Source of the DNA: Camelus dromedarius
Lineage: Eukaryota
NCBI RefSeq assembly: GCF_036321535.1
Contig: NC_087436.1
Span: 14,384,001 to 14,448,000 of the forward strand
Direction of reading: 5' to 3'
Length of the DNA stretch: 64,000 bases
Made by a program: the position numbers and the translations under genes. The notes under the pieces are model-generated. The model was given only the letters and a program-made list of their open reading frames with translations, did no database searches and was not told the DNA's origin. Of the stretch, positions 26,795-40,458 are shown in pieces. Every line of letters starts with the position of its first letter. Within the stretch, counting starts at the first letter, position 1.

Positions 26795-27932
26795 AAAAAT
26801 ATTTTTTAAGAGTAGTTTTAGGTTCACAACAAAATTAAGAAGGTACAGAGCTTTCCCATACACTCCCTGCCCCATACATGTATAGCCCCCCAGAAAAGTC
26901 CCCCACCAGAGTGGTACATTTGTTACAACTGAGGAACCTACATTGATACATCATTATCACCCAAAGACCACGGTTTACATTAGGGTTCACTCTTGGTGGT
27001 GTACATTTTATGGAGTTAGACAAATGTATAATGATGTGAGTCCACCATGATAATATCATGCAAAGCAGTTTCACTGACTTAAAAATCCTCTCTGCTCTGC
27101 CTGTTCATCCCTCCCCGACCCAGTCCTTGGCCACTACCAATTTTTTTTACTGTCTCCATAGTTTTGCCTTTTCCAGAATGCCGTATAGTTGGAATCAGAC
27201 AGTACTTATAGCCTTTTCAGATTGGCTTCTTTCACTTATTAATATGCATTTAAGATTTCACCATATTTTTTCATGACTTGCGAGCTCATTTCTTTTTAGT
27301 TCCAAATAATCCATTGTCTGGATGTATCATAGTTTATTTATCCATTCACCAGCTGAAGGACATCTTGGTTGCTTCCAAGATTTGGCAATTATGAATAAAG
27401 CTGCCAGAAATATCCAGTGCAGGTTTTTGTGCGGACGTAAAATTTTCAGCTCTTCTGGGTAAATACCAAGAAGCATGATTGATGAGTCCTTTGGTAAGAG
27501 TTTGTTTCATTTTGTAAGAAACTGGCAGACTGTCTTCCAAAGTGGCTGTACCATTCTGTGTTCCCACCAGCAATAAATGAAAATTCCAGTTGCTCCACAT
27601 CCTCGCCAGCATTCGGCGCTGTCAGTGTTCTGGATTTTGGCCATTCTGATAGGTGTATAGTGGTATCTCATTGTTGTCTTAATTTCCATTTCCCTGATAA
27701 CATATGATGTGGCACATCATTTCACATGCTTATTTGCCATCTGTGTATCTTCTTTGGTGAGGTGTCTGTTAAGATCTTCGGCCCACTTTTTAATTGAATT
27801 GTTTGTTTTCTTATGGTTGAGTTTTATGGGTTCTTTGTATGTTTTGGATAGCTGTTCTTTATCAGATGTGTCTTTTGCAAGTATTTCCTCTCAGTCTGGG
27901 TCTTGTTTTCTAATTCTCTTGGTATTGTCTTT
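26795..27932 (-). mobile_element. L1M (L1MB/MC-like) 3' fragment
   Basis: ORF2 remnant [28 protein letters not shown] plus L1M 3' UTR. Confidence 0.85.
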
Positions 27933-29034
27933 CAGAATCATGATATTTCACATGGAGTTTTTTCTAAGCTCTTGAATAAAATATTGTTTGAGGGACAAAT
28001 GAATTACTTACTTCCATAAATGTTAAGACTCACTTTGTGTCTAGCTTATGCTAATTACTGGGAACTCTAGGATGAAAATAAGCATAGAGCACTTTTCATT
28101 GTTCAAAACAAAACCAGGACATCTGACCGCCTTAAGAGAAAGGATGCGTGTGGACGGATGCTCACAGCTCTGGTCCAACCTCTCCTTGCCTCCAGCTTGT
28201 CTGCCCCACGCGGTCTCTCTCACAGGCCTCTCTTTCTATGCTTGTGAATTCTGCCTTCTCCTTTCACTCCCGACTGGCCAAAGAGCTACAGGTCCTTTAG
28301 TCCTGATTTCAGAGGGACAGATTTTGATTAGTTCATTATCATCTTTATAGGGCAAAAGCCCACAGGCCCTCTCCCTAGTGGATCACTGCACAATGTTGGA
28401 TCCAGTGCCCTTTTGAGTCCAACTGATGCCAACTTCAAGACAATACAATATCCTGATGCGTCTTCACTGAAACTGTAAGAGGAAGTTGGGAATTGAAAGG
28501 CACAGTGACTTGCATGTTTAAAAGGATGATTTAGAAAGTAACTCTAGAACCAGGATCTTCAGTCATAATACCATCTCTGTGCCACTTGTACTTCCGTGTC
28601 CTGGAGAGCTCCGAATGAGTGACACACACTGATTTCCACTGCCTCAAATTTAAAGAATGAAGTAAATTAGAATCAAAGTTTCTCCTTTAGAATCAGAAAT
28701 GATTCTTAACCTGTTTTGAGGAAAAGAAGTGAAAACTAAGTTATTAGGGCTGAAATAAAAATGTGCTCTATAGGAACAAATAATACACAATGTTATAATT
28801 TCTAAATGGCTAAGAATATTTAGAAATAATAAATTAACCAGGTAAGATAAAACCAGTTAATGAGGTAATGCCGTAGAGTTTTTTTTTTAAGTCAAATAAT
28901 CTTCTACATGTAAATATATTCCCCAAGTAAGCAAGAGGTTATCACATTGACATCAACTTCACCAAGAATAAAAAGAATTACCTGGAGGATAGATTAGGTT
29001 CATGTACTTACATAAATGGAAAATTTTAATTTTT

Positions 29035-29768
29035 ATTAATTTTTATTTCTTTCATTTTTCAGTTTTATTAGGTAAAATTGATACAATTTGACTACTCATA
29101 TACAATATATTGCATGTAAATCCGAATATACAATATACTGGACATATTTTTTAAAATTTACATATATATTATATTCATTGTTTCTAAGAAAAGTTTAGAG
29201 CTTTAGCTTTTTGAACTTGCATAGTTATCAAAGGAATAAAGCCAACCACAAAGTAAGAATCAACAGAATGCAGTAATCCAATCATAAAGGACAGTCAAAT
29301 GTGCTTACACATATTCAAGAAATCAGTCATCTAAGTTATAAATAATAAGTAATTCATTTGTGTCTTTTTTTTTTAGATTCCACAGATAAGTTATATCACA
29401 TTTTTCTTTCTGTTTCTGGCTTACTTAACTTAGAATGACAATCTCCAGGCCCATCCATGTTGCTGCAAATGGCATTATTTTATTCTCTTTTATGGCTGAG
29501 TAGTATTCTGTTGTGTGTACGTGTACACACACATACACACATCTTCTTTATCCAGTCATCTGTTGATGGACATTTAGGTTGCTTCCATGTCTTGGCTGTT
29601 GTAAATAGTGCTGCTATGAACACTGGGGTGCATGCATCTTTTTGAATTATATTTTTCTCCAAATATATGCCCAGAAGTAGGATTGCTGGATCATATGGTA
29701 AGTCTATTTTCATTTTTTTAAGGAACCTCCATACTGTCCTCCATAGTGGCTGCACCAATTTACATTCA
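29035..29768 (-). mobile_element. L1 insertion with ~310 bp of atypical 3' sequence
   Basis: L1 ORF2 remnant (29480-29758); the whole unit is flanked by a 16-bp direct repeat gaaaattttaattttt (29019-29034 / 29769-29784). Confidence 0.75.
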
Positions 29769-30429
29769 GAAAATTTTAATTTTTAGACAGGAAAACACAA
29801 GTGTGATTTCAGAATTATTCTTTGGGAAAGTGATAATTTATCTTTATTAATTTGAAAAAAATACCTCTGGAAAGAAATAGTGGGCAACACTTTTATTTTC
29901 TGCCATTAGCTTATTTGCGTCTTCTAATGTTTCTACAGTGAGCATGAATCACCTGAGAAATATTAAAATGTCATATTAAAATATGAATTGTAAGAGGAAA
30001 AGACAGCAACTTACTTGCCGTAGTACCCAGCATGGTGCTGTAAGTAAATTAGGGCTTTCCTTTTTAAAGCCTTTGAGGGCGATGATCTCCATTCCAGAGT
30101 CAGCAAGTGTAAATGACACCAGCTACCCTAGGAACACACAGTAGCCTATTTCGGTTGATTTGAATTTAGAATTGTAGTAATAAACCTATTTGGGTTAGTG
30201 TCAGATGATGGCTGGTCATGTGAGTGTTTGTGCTATGACTTCACCACGATGTACTTCACGAGGCACCCACATGGGCAGCCGTGTGAGATGCTATTTTCAT
30301 CCGCCTCCAACCTCTCAGTAAGTTGTTTCACCCAGATTGTAGCAAAGTACCCGGTCCTCGGTGAAAACCCACCAGCATCAAGTGCAATGCTTTTATTTTA
30401 TTTTTACTTTTTAAAACGATGTATCTTAT

Positions 30430-30545
30430 TTTTTTAAATTTATTTATTTATTTTTTAAATCAGTCTTTTTTTTAGGGAGGGCAGATAATTAGGTTTTTAT
30501 TTAATTTATTATTTTTTTAATGGAGGTACTGAGGATTGAACCCAG
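30430..30545 (-). mobile_element. 5'-truncated Vic-1-like SINE
   Basis: Reversed 3' half taattaggttt...ggaggtactgaggattgaacccag. Confidence 0.75.
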
Positions 30546-31162
30546 TTCCCTTCTCAATCTCCAGGCCCTTGTCCCTGCTTCTTCTCCAACCGTATTGCCC
30601 ACCAGATATCTCTTTACAGGCCCCACTTTGTAACCATGTGAGACTGCCTTTCCCTGAGCAAGGCAAGCACTTGCAGATCTCTATATATCAAAAATCCCTC
30701 CTGCAGGTGTACAGCAAAGGTGACCAAGAGCCGCCATCAAGGAGAAAACTCTGCAGCTATTTCACTGACACTTGAATAATTTTCCATCGGTTTCTTCCAA
30801 TCACTCCATCTTAGAATTGGGGCCCTCCTACTTTGTGTTTCAGTGGAACCCCCTTTTCTGGAGTTTAGCACGTCTTCACTCAGACATTTGGTTCAAAGGG
30901 GTGTGTTTTCGTCACGTGGGTTCCACGAGAATCAGCAGAGCATGGAGCCGGGACCCAGGACTTGGATTCCAAGCCGTGTGGCCTTGGCTCAGTCCCTGGA
31001 CTTCTGCTTCCTCAGCTGCCCCAGGGAAATAAGGATGCCTGCCTGCCTCCCTACCTCAGGCTTTGGGATGAGGAGCAAATGGCTGTAAAAACACCTTGTA
31101 AACTATAAAGCACAACTGGTGGGAGGTGTTAACGTTTCAATAAATTTCACTTTTCACTTTAG

Positions 31163-31365
31163 CACAGGATTCTCAGCATCAGTGCTATTGACATTTAGGG
31201 TGGCTGGATAATTCTTTGTTGGTGGAGGGAGGGGCTGGCTTGTGTGTGGCAGAATGTCTACCCACTAGATGCCACTAGCACTACCAGGTCACGACAACCA
31301 AAAATGTCTCTAGACGTTTCCAAATGTCCCTGGGGAGAAACATGCCCCTGGTGAGAGCCTCTGCT
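31163..31365. mobile_element. MER20 DNA transposon
   Basis: gctattgacattt...ggctggataattctttgtt...cccactagatgcca...acaaccaaaaatgtctc...caaatgtccc. Confidence 0.8.
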
Positions 31366-32142
31366 TTAGTCTGAGCTTAGAACTGTATTCCAGTCACCAT
31401 TCCCTGTCTTCTCTCCAACTCTTCCCTCTAGCCCCATTCACAGGCTTTTCTGGTCACCGAATAAGCAAGGCTTTTTAAAGTTCCATGTCTGATGCCTTTC
31501 CCCACTCTCAGCCCACCTTTTATAAAAGATGTTTTTGCAGCCATCCATGTGCAGACTTAGTAGCGTCTCTGGATTCTGTCCACAGAAGCTGCTAGAAGAA
31601 AACTTCATTTCCTGGGCATTGAACTCAAAAACACTTCCTCTTTTCTGACTCCTCCTGCCATCTTTGCTGACTAGAGACTCCTATTCTGATATACAATTTC
31701 TCTTAAAAACTCAAGCTTTCCCATTGAGTTGTCTGTCTTCTCTGCAGGCATCACCAACCTACCTGGCCTGAAAGGCATTCCATAATTGTAGATCTCTTTT
31801 TCCCAACATCTTTTTGTTTCTGGTTTTTCATATAAAGAAGGTAATACACATATTACGTTTTTCCCAGTAGCATCGAAGTGCATTAAAGGAGATCTTTACT
31901 TCCCCTCCTCCTCCTCACCCCCCACCCCCATTCCAACCCAGTTTTCACTGTCCCTCTCCAGAGGTAGCTTTTCATTCCTGGAGCCTGTCCTGCCAGTTTT
32001 CCACACAGATGCAAGCACATTTTTTTTCTCACTGCTTTTTCAGCATGCTAATGTTTGTATGTGACAACAGTGAGTTTTCTCTTACTCTGTTCCTGGCCAG
32101 AATAATTCTCCATCCTTAAAGACGGTCAAAGAAGAGGTTTTT

Positions 32143-32634
32143 TATTTTTATTTAAATAAATTTTTTTCACTGAAGTATAGTCAGTTTACAATGTTGTGTC
32201 AATTTCTGGTGTACAGTATAATGTTTCAGTCAAATATGTACATACATATATACATATATTCGTTTTCATAGTCTTTTCTATTATAGGTTACTAAAAGATA
32301 TTGAATAGTGTTCCCTGTGCTATACAATAGGACCTTGTTGTTTATCTATTTTATATATAATAGTTAGTATCTGCAAATCTTGAACTCCCAATTTATCCCT
32401 TCCCACCCCCTTTCCCCCAGGTAACCATAAGTTTGTTTTCTATGTCTGAGTCTGTTTCTGTTTTGTAAATAAGTTCACTTGTGTCTTCTTTTTTTAAGAT
32501 TCCACATATGAATGATATTATATGGTATTTTTCTTTCTGTTTCTGGCTAACTTCACTTAGAATGACAATCTCCAGGTCCATCCATGTTGCTGCAAATGGC
32601 ATTATTTTATTCTTTTTTATGGCTGAGTAGTATT

Positions 32635-32686
<52 letters not shown>

Positions 32687-32945
32687 CACAACTTCTTTAT
32701 TCATTCATCTGTCAGTGGACATTTAGGCTATTTCCATGTCCTGGATATTGTAAATAGTGCTGCTATAAAAATTCTGGTGCATGTATTTTTTCAAATTAGA
32801 TTTCCTTCCAGATATATGCCCACGAATGAGATTGCTGGATCATATGGTAAGTCTATTTTTAGTTTTTAAAGGAATCTCCATACTGTTTTCCATAATGGCT
32901 GCATCAAATTACTTTCCCACCAACAGCACAGGAGGGTTCCCTTTT
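32143..32945 (-). mobile_element. 5'-truncated young L1 containing (TA)22
   Basis: ORF2 end MPFAATWMDLEIVILSEVSQK plus 3' UTR; (TA)n at 32640-32683. Confidence 0.9.
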
Positions 32946-34294
32946 TGAGAAGGTTTTTAGTAGTGTTCTGCAGCTATTGAAAACAGACTCCCCCAAATAC
33001 AATAATAACAATAAAACAAGGCAAAAAAAGAAAAAGAAAATGCACTTCCCTCCTGCCAAAGCCCCACCAGAGTGCCATGTGCACCCCAACAAGGCAGGGA
33101 GAATCTCCCCTCTGCAGGTATTCATACACCAACCCATCCATTCCACTGTATTTGATGATGATGATTATTATTTTATGATCATAGTGTTTTATTGTTTATC
33201 ACAGTATAAGGCACTTTTTTAAAAAATACATTTTTTTTAAAGAAAAAGGACCCATAAGTGAACACATTGATAATTATCTAGTATCAGAATGACACACACT
33301 GTCCAAAATCATTTCCTAACTCCTTTCTGAGCCTTTCACCACTGGGGAATACTTCAGTTTTGTGACTTTAAGAATGGTGAGAATTTCATATGATTCCCTA
33401 TTGTTAGCATATTCTTGCTGTTTTAAATCAATTATCTTACTTATTAGGTTTTTGGAGAAGGATAATTTTTTTTTTTTTAAAGAAGGAACGTGTTTTGCAA
33501 AGGACCCTCAAGAGAGAGGTTGGACAGGTTTATGCAACGGCAAAAAATAACTCCACCAGCGGAGGAGAATACAGGCAGGGTGTGACTGGGGCTTATTCCA
33601 GTGACTGTTCTCCTTTGAAAGGGCTCACGGATTAAATTCCTACCCGGGAGACGGTGAGACTGATTTTGTTTCTGATTCAGTAACTTGTGACGATTTACAA
33701 ACGCAGGTGTCCATGTGCAAAGAAGAGATTTTTTTTTCAAATCCCATTTGAATAAGGACCATTTTTAGATTCTTTCTCGAATTCTTTTGTTCATTCAACA
33801 TGCATTAATTGGTTTTAGGCTCGTGGGGCAGAGTTTTGAGGAGGAGGAATTCGTAAAGTTGACTCCGACAAGAATTCTGCTCTCTGGAAACACGTGGTCA
33901 TTTAGGGCAGGAAGAGACCAGCTAAATTTTATACTCCAAATATAATGTGATAAAGGCATTGAGGACAGCTAAGATGCTGCAGATGCTACCAAGATACTTC
34001 ATCTCCAATCAACACTGCCATGAACAGTGTTTCCAGCACAACTTCCAGGGACCGAGAAATCCAGGAAGGCCATGGGTGATTGCGCAGCATGACTCAATCA
34101 CATATGTATTTGCTGGCTCTGGACTGAACACTGGTGCCTGCAGGTTGGGGGAGGAAGATGACAGTGGTCAGTTAAGTGTGAACAGCCCTATCTTCACGAG
34201 CCTTATCTCAACTGTCAACAGGATGGTGTGACTGCCAAAGCTTTGCCAAAATCAGCTCTTCTTTTCTTTTTAAAATTATTTATTTATATATTGG

Positions 34295-34427
34295 GGTTTT
34301 TTTGAGGGGAGAGGTAATTAGGTTTATTTATTTATTTTCATGGAAGTACTGGGGATTGAACCCAGGACCTCATGCATTCCAAGCACGGGCCCTGCCTCTG
34401 AACTCCACTGAACTATACCCTCCCCCC
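34295..34427 (-). mobile_element. Vic-1-like SINE
   Basis: Reversed body gtactggggattgaacccaggacctcatgc...ctataccctcccc. Confidence 0.85.
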
Positions 34428-34494
34428 TTTATTTTCTTCTCTGACTTTTTTTCTTCAGGTTTGCAATTTGTGGATGAAGACTCTTAAGAGAGAT

Positions 34495-34962
34495 ACTAGC
34501 CAGCTATTGCTGCACTGATGCTATGTAAAAAAACCCAGCCCTCTCCCCATAGTTTATAATCATAACAGTTTATGTTCACGCTCACTCGTAGGTCTGTCGG
34601 TCAGCTGAGAACTGGCTGATCCAGGCTGAGCTGGGCTGGATTCCAGGTTGCTGATCTGGTTGAGATCTGCTTCACATTATGGGGCTCGTGATCTCAGATC
34701 ACAGAAATGTCAGATCCCAGGAACACAAGGTGGCGAGCCAGGCTGTGAGATGGCTCTTATAGACCTTTACCCACACTGTCTCTTCCACCCATATTTTTTT
34801 CGGTCAGAGCAAGTCCTACATGGCCTGGCCCAAGATCAGTAAGGCAGGGGAGTACATGCTGCCTATGTGAGTGGAAGAAAGTGCCAAATCACAGGGCATG
34901 GGTGTAATTCATGTCCTTCAGAGAAAGCAGAAAGAACTGGGAATGATGATCTAATCTACTAT
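34495..34962 (-). mobile_element. Old MaLR LTR (MLT1-like)
   Basis: Reverse-oriented MLT1 motifs cagctattgctgca...tcagctga...gtcagagcaagtc..catggcc. Confidence 0.55.
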
Positions 34963-35448
34963 AAGGGATGTCATTTTTCATGAAAAGGAAACCTCCCAAT
35001 GAGATATATAAGTAATGGACCTCTTCTGTGTAGTGGAGTTGCTGCTGACCTATGGGTACTGAGAAACCAGTGACAAAGTCCCTGTGTGGTTGGAGCTGGA
35101 ATGATCATCACTGTAGATTTGAAGAGTTTTTCGTTCCTGGCTTCAGATAAGCTCTGCGCCTGCTGCTTCACAGCGAAGGAAACACTTCATCTTTCTTCTC
35201 TGTGTACTTTCCTGTTTATTTCCTTCCTCCTGCCCTAATTCCACAACTGTCACGCTTCTCCAGCCCCTACATTAATGGCTGCCCCATTTCAACTCCATCC
35301 TACTCAGCTGTTTGGCAATTCTGGAAGTCCTCCACCAGGGCTCACCGTGGCTGGAAAGACCTGCCTACATTTCTGGATTTCAGCCATGAAGGATGGGCTT
35401 GAGGACCAGGCTGCGTGGTTTGTAACAGTTCCTGTCTTTAGAAGCTGA

Positions 35449-35837
35449 GGTCTGCAATATCATATGATGTCTCTTATATGTGGAATCTAAAAAAAATATA
35501 TACAGATTTTATTTACAAACCAGAAGTAGACTCATGGACATAGAAAACAAACTGGTTACCAGGGGGAAAAGGGGGTGGGGAGGGGTAAATTGGGATTCTG
35601 AGATTTACAGATACTAACTACTATATATAAAATAGATAAACAACAAGGACCTATTGTATAGCACAGGGAACTATATTCAGTTTCTTGCAATGAGCTGTAA
35701 TGGAAAAGAATCTGAAAAAAATACATATATATGTATGTATGTATATGTATAACTGAATTGCTTTGCTGTGCACCTAGAATTAACATTGTAAATTGACTAC
35801 ACTTCAATAAAAAATAAGAATTTAAGTAATTTTAAAA
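35449..35837 (+). mobile_element. L1 3' UTR fragment
   Basis: L1 3' UTR with AATAAA tail; TSD agaagctga (35440-35448 / 35838-35846). Confidence 0.85.
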
Positions 35838-37831
35838 AGAAGCTGATTAAAAAATTTTAGAAGGCTGGTCTCCACTGAAAACTTTGAAATGAACCTGTCC
35901 CCACAAGAATCTCATAGGCTCATAGAATACGAGCTCTGGGGCTTTGCAGAGCATCTAGTCAGCCTGCTGTTTCACAGATAAAGCAACCAAGTGCAGAGAA
36001 TCTTGTTCATGAAAGAACTAAGACCAGGGCCTTGGACTCGCGATTCTCAATCCAGGGGACCCGCAGTGTCTCACCACATTCACCCTTCCCCCAGGGGAGT
36101 CAGTTTCATTGTTACTGAAATTATTGTGAACATGAGTGGCAGGATACTAGATGAAAGCCTAAAAATAGGTGGATTTGGGGGCTGTGGACCCTGTTTACAT
36201 ACCCATCTAAAGACCCCTTAACTAACAAATCAGGCTACTCTTTGGTCTAGGAAAAGGAGGACTCAATTAAATGCAAAGAGAAATATAAAGAGTTTAATTC
36301 TTTGCTTTTGATCTCCTAAGGGCCCAAGGACCCGAGTTGCATTTTAGAGACGACCCCACCCCTCCATCAACTCTGGCATTCCCAAGGCAATCTGAAAGAA
36401 GCCTGGGGGATGGAGGGGGAAAGGGGGAGGGACCCTGAAAGTTAATCCTGAGAGACCGCGAAATCACTGACCTGACGATGACAGGCTGTATTTGTAAGTG
36501 ACTGTATTCAGTTTACCACCACCAAGATTGAAATTCAAAATTGATGCTATAATAGAAAAATAGGGTAAATTACCATTTTTCTGAAACTGACTTTGTGACC
36601 TGTGACTTTTGTACCTACAGCCTATTAGCAAGAGATTGATACCAAGGGCTAGTACCACAAGTGGAGGCAGGAGAAATACTGCTAGCTAATATGCACAGAA
36701 AAAGATCTGGAAGGATTTAAATGTGGAATAATTTCGTTTTGTTTATATGCATTTAAAATTGTTTCCCAATAAACACGTACCGTTTTTGTAACAAGAAAAA
36801 TATATTATTTTAATTTTAAAAAATCACCTCCCAGCCTCCCCTCCTCTCTCCTATCTGATACAAATCCTCTCAATTTTTACTTATTTTTGGCACTACCCAT
36901 ATACCTTGGCACTGAAGTTGCTCCTACTAACATCTTTCCTTGTTCTAATTTGCTATTTCCCCCAAACCATTGGACCTTTGTATTCCCTGGTTTCATTGGT
37001 GTTGAGGACTTAGTTGGCCGGCACATCACCAACTGTGAATCTGGAAAGTCAAGATAAATAGAAAAACAAATCAAAGAACAAACGCCGAGCCCACTCATCT
37101 GCATTTCTCATTCTCAAGTGCCCTTTGATGCAGATACTCCGTATTTATTAATGATGTATGTCCTACTTCAAAAATACTTGAAGGGACTTAGAAAAAAAAG
37201 TTATCAAGATATGACTTGATCAAAACCAAAACAGCAGGGGAAGGGAGTTTAGTTCCTTTTAGCAAGTGTGGGAGGCCACAGATGAGTGAAGCCAGGGCAG
37301 TCAAGTGAGAGGCCAGACCGGATCTTCTTGGTATAGTCTGACGGGTGCTGGGGGAAGGGCCCTGAGACAAGCCTGAGGGCCGGGGGAGGCTTCTGAAAAA
37401 GCTCCCTGGCAGAGATGTCTCCTGCACTAAGTCCTGAAGGATGAGTTAGAGTTAGCCAGGGAAAGAAACGGTGAATTCCTAAAAGTGGTAAGAAAACCTG
37501 CTAATGAAAGTTCCACACCCAGGCTTTACTTTAAGTTCCAGGCTTTTGGCCAAGAAGACAAAAGTGGAAAATACTTCTTACTGTATGAGAAAAGGAGCAT
37601 ACCTTTCTAGGAACCAAAAATGAAACTCTAGAATTCTCCAGTTTTATCGTGTATGAAAATGTCCCCAAATATCATTAAAAATGCAGAATTCTGGGCCTCC
37701 GCTTCAGAGACTCTGACTCAGTAGTGCAGGGGTGGGGTCCAAGACTCTGCTTTTTAACAAACTCTCCAAATAATTCTGATGTAAGTAGCCCCACCCCCAG
37801 TGCACCTGAAAAATACTGCTGTAAAAGAAAT

Positions 37832-38569
37832 TTTTTTTGGATTGAAGTATAGTTGATTTACAATGTTGTGTTAATTTCTGGTGCACAGCAAAGTGATTTA
37901 TTTATACATATTATTCCTTTTCATATTCTTTTTCATTATAGGCTATTATAAGATTCTGAATATAGTTCTCTGTACTGTACAGTAAGATCTTGTTGTTTAC
38001 CTATTTTATATACAGTAGTGAGTATCTACAAATGTCAAACACCCAATTTATCCCTCCCTACCCGTCCCCTCCATAACCATAAACTTGTTTGTTTGTTTTG
38101 AGATACATTTTTTTCTTTTATTGAAGTATAGTCAGTTTACAATGTTGTGTCAATTTCTGGTGTACAGCATACTGTTTCAGTCATACATATACATACATGT
38201 ATTCCTTTTCAGATTATTTCTCATTATAGGTTACTACAAGATATTGTACATAGTTCCCTGTGCTCTACAGCATAAACTTGTTGTTTATCTATTTTATATA
38301 TAGTAGTATCTGCAAATCTTGAACTCTAAATTTATCCCTTCCCATCTCCTTTCCTCCCTTGTAACCATAAGCTTGTCTTCTACGTCAGTGAGTCTGTTTC
38401 TGTTTTGTAAATAAGTTCATTTGTGTCCTTTTTTTTAGATGCCACGTTAGTGATAACATATGATATTTTTCTTTCTCTTTCTTGCTTCACTTAGAATGAC
38501 AGTCTTTGGGTCCATCTGTGTTCCTGCAAACCGCATTTTTTTTATGGGTGAGTAGTGTTCCATCGTATA
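37832..38569 (-). mobile_element. Two tandem L1 3' ends
   Basis: Two reversed L1 termini starting near 37835 and 38110; outer imperfect repeat tgtaaaag(a/g)a(a/g)ttttt. Confidence 0.85.
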
Positions 38570-39062
38570 TGTAAAAGGAGTTTTTTATTCATTTCCTCAT
38601 TCACTTATTTGTTAATTCAAAGAAAAATATGAAGCACTGTCCTAAATGCTGGGGATAGACTGAGGAACAAGACAGAGAAGCCCCTGTCCTCAGGGGGACG
38701 CAGATCACCGAGGGGAGGAGCACTGAGCCTCTTCTTGAGCGCTCCCTGGAGGTCCCTGCCGACCAGAGCCCTGCGCCTGTCCCACGTGCCACTTCAGCTC
38801 CTAACTGCATTCTTCTCAGTTCGATTTTAGTGATCCGATTTTCTGCCTAGATCCTGGAGACGCTGTCGTGTAGGTTGTCCAGGCAGAGGCCTGGGGTGGG
38901 TTCCCCAAACCCTGGAATAGCTTTTCTGAGTGACCAGCTGAAGGGTGAATGACCGAGGTGGGCAGTCACGACCGAGGGACAGAACCGCTGAGGGTTCTGA
39001 CAAGTCAGAGGGCCGGGTCAGGCTGACCCTGGCTGGGTGGGCTCCCAGCTCCAAAGGCTGTG

Positions 39063-39437
39063 TGCTACGGACCTAACGCTGGTGGTGCCCCAGATTCAGA
39101 TGTTGAAGCCCTACCCTCCAATATGATGGTGTGCGGGGATGCGGCCTTTGGGAGGTGATTCAGGTTAGATGGGGTCGTGGGGGTGAGGTCCTCACGATGA
39201 GATGGGTGTCCTCGTAAGAAAAGATTCTAGGGAGCTTACTCCGTCTCAGCGCTGTGTGAGGACCCAGCAAGAAGGTGGCCGTCTAGACCCAGGGAGGGGG
39301 TCCTCCCCAGAACCCGACCGTGAGGGCAACCCCATCTCAGAAGTCCAGCCTCCAGAACGATGAGAAAATAAGTGCCTGTTGTTTAAGCTGCCTGATCTAT
39401 GGCATTTTGTATGGCAGCCTGAGCAGGCTAGGATGCA
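39063..39437 (+). mobile_element. MaLR LTR (MLT1A/B-like)
   Basis: Characteristic motifs gttgaagccctaccctccaatatgatggt...ggcctttgggaggtgatt...aagaaggtggcc...tccagcctccagaac..tgagaaaata...ttttgtatggcagcc. Confidence 0.8.
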
Positions 39438-40224
39438 GGGAACCTCCTGTCAGCCACTCTCCTGGCTGGGCTTCTACGGCCGTGATGGAGTTCTGCTCTT
39501 GTCCCCGCCCCCACCCTGCCCACCTACCTCTCTGGGCGCTCCTTTAGAACCCAGGACCCTAAGCTGCCTCCTCCCTGCCCCCTCCTAAGTGGCCTCGGAG
39601 TGATCTTGGAGGCCCCACCTGATGTCCATATTACTGTGTCTGAGGGCCCGCCCCTCGTTAAGCAAACAATGTTTTGTTGTAAGTTTGTGGGTGTGTGAGC
39701 CTGTAGGTACATCTATGAGTATGTGAGTGTGCGTCTGGATGTTGAAGACTGAGGATACAACGGCCAGAGCATATAGACACATACATCAAAACAGAACTCA
39801 GACCCTCCCTCTAGGAACTGGTCCGAGAAGACGAACAATAATCCCTATGTCACCAATCACAGAGTAGTAATCAGAATATGATTTACAAACCTGAGTGATA
39901 ATGGAATAATTCTGGGTTATGTAAGTATGCATTCACATGTAAACCTATGAATGTTGATGTCGAGTCTCATTTGTCCAAAAGATTTTGCCAGTTTCTGCTA
40001 GGAAAGTGAACTCTCATTTTATGTTTGTTTTAGCTTTTATTTCAATCAGATAAGACTTGCTTAAGGAAGGTTTCACATGAAACAGCCACCAACTTTGTCA
40101 CTGGCCTACTATTTGTTCTTTGACTTAATAAAAAGCCAATTAAAATTCAAAAAATAAAATAATCTCTGTATCAATCGACCCTAATTTTCTATCTGATTCT
40201 GATCTAGGAGAAGGCAGATCACAC

Positions 40225-40458
40225 CTCTAACCAATCCCTGGAATCAGTCCCCAGAACTCAGCAGATTCCCTACCCCAGCACCTCCACCGGTGCGCCATGA
40301 AGCCTCCTGCTTTTCCCACTGTAGGTCTTGCCCGCTCCTCTGCCTGCCCTTGAGTCTCTGCCTCATGCAGGCGGTGGTGCTGACTCCCCTGCTGCAGCAA
40401 GCTCTCAGTTAAGCAGCCTTGGCCTGTCTCATTTGGTGGGTCTTCCTGTATCTCTGCA
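40225..40458 (+). mobile_element. Old ERV1 (MER-type) LTR relic
   Basis: CCAAT box, then a degenerate polyA/U5-like segment caagctctcagttaagcagcctt...catttggtgggtcttc. Confidence 0.4.
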
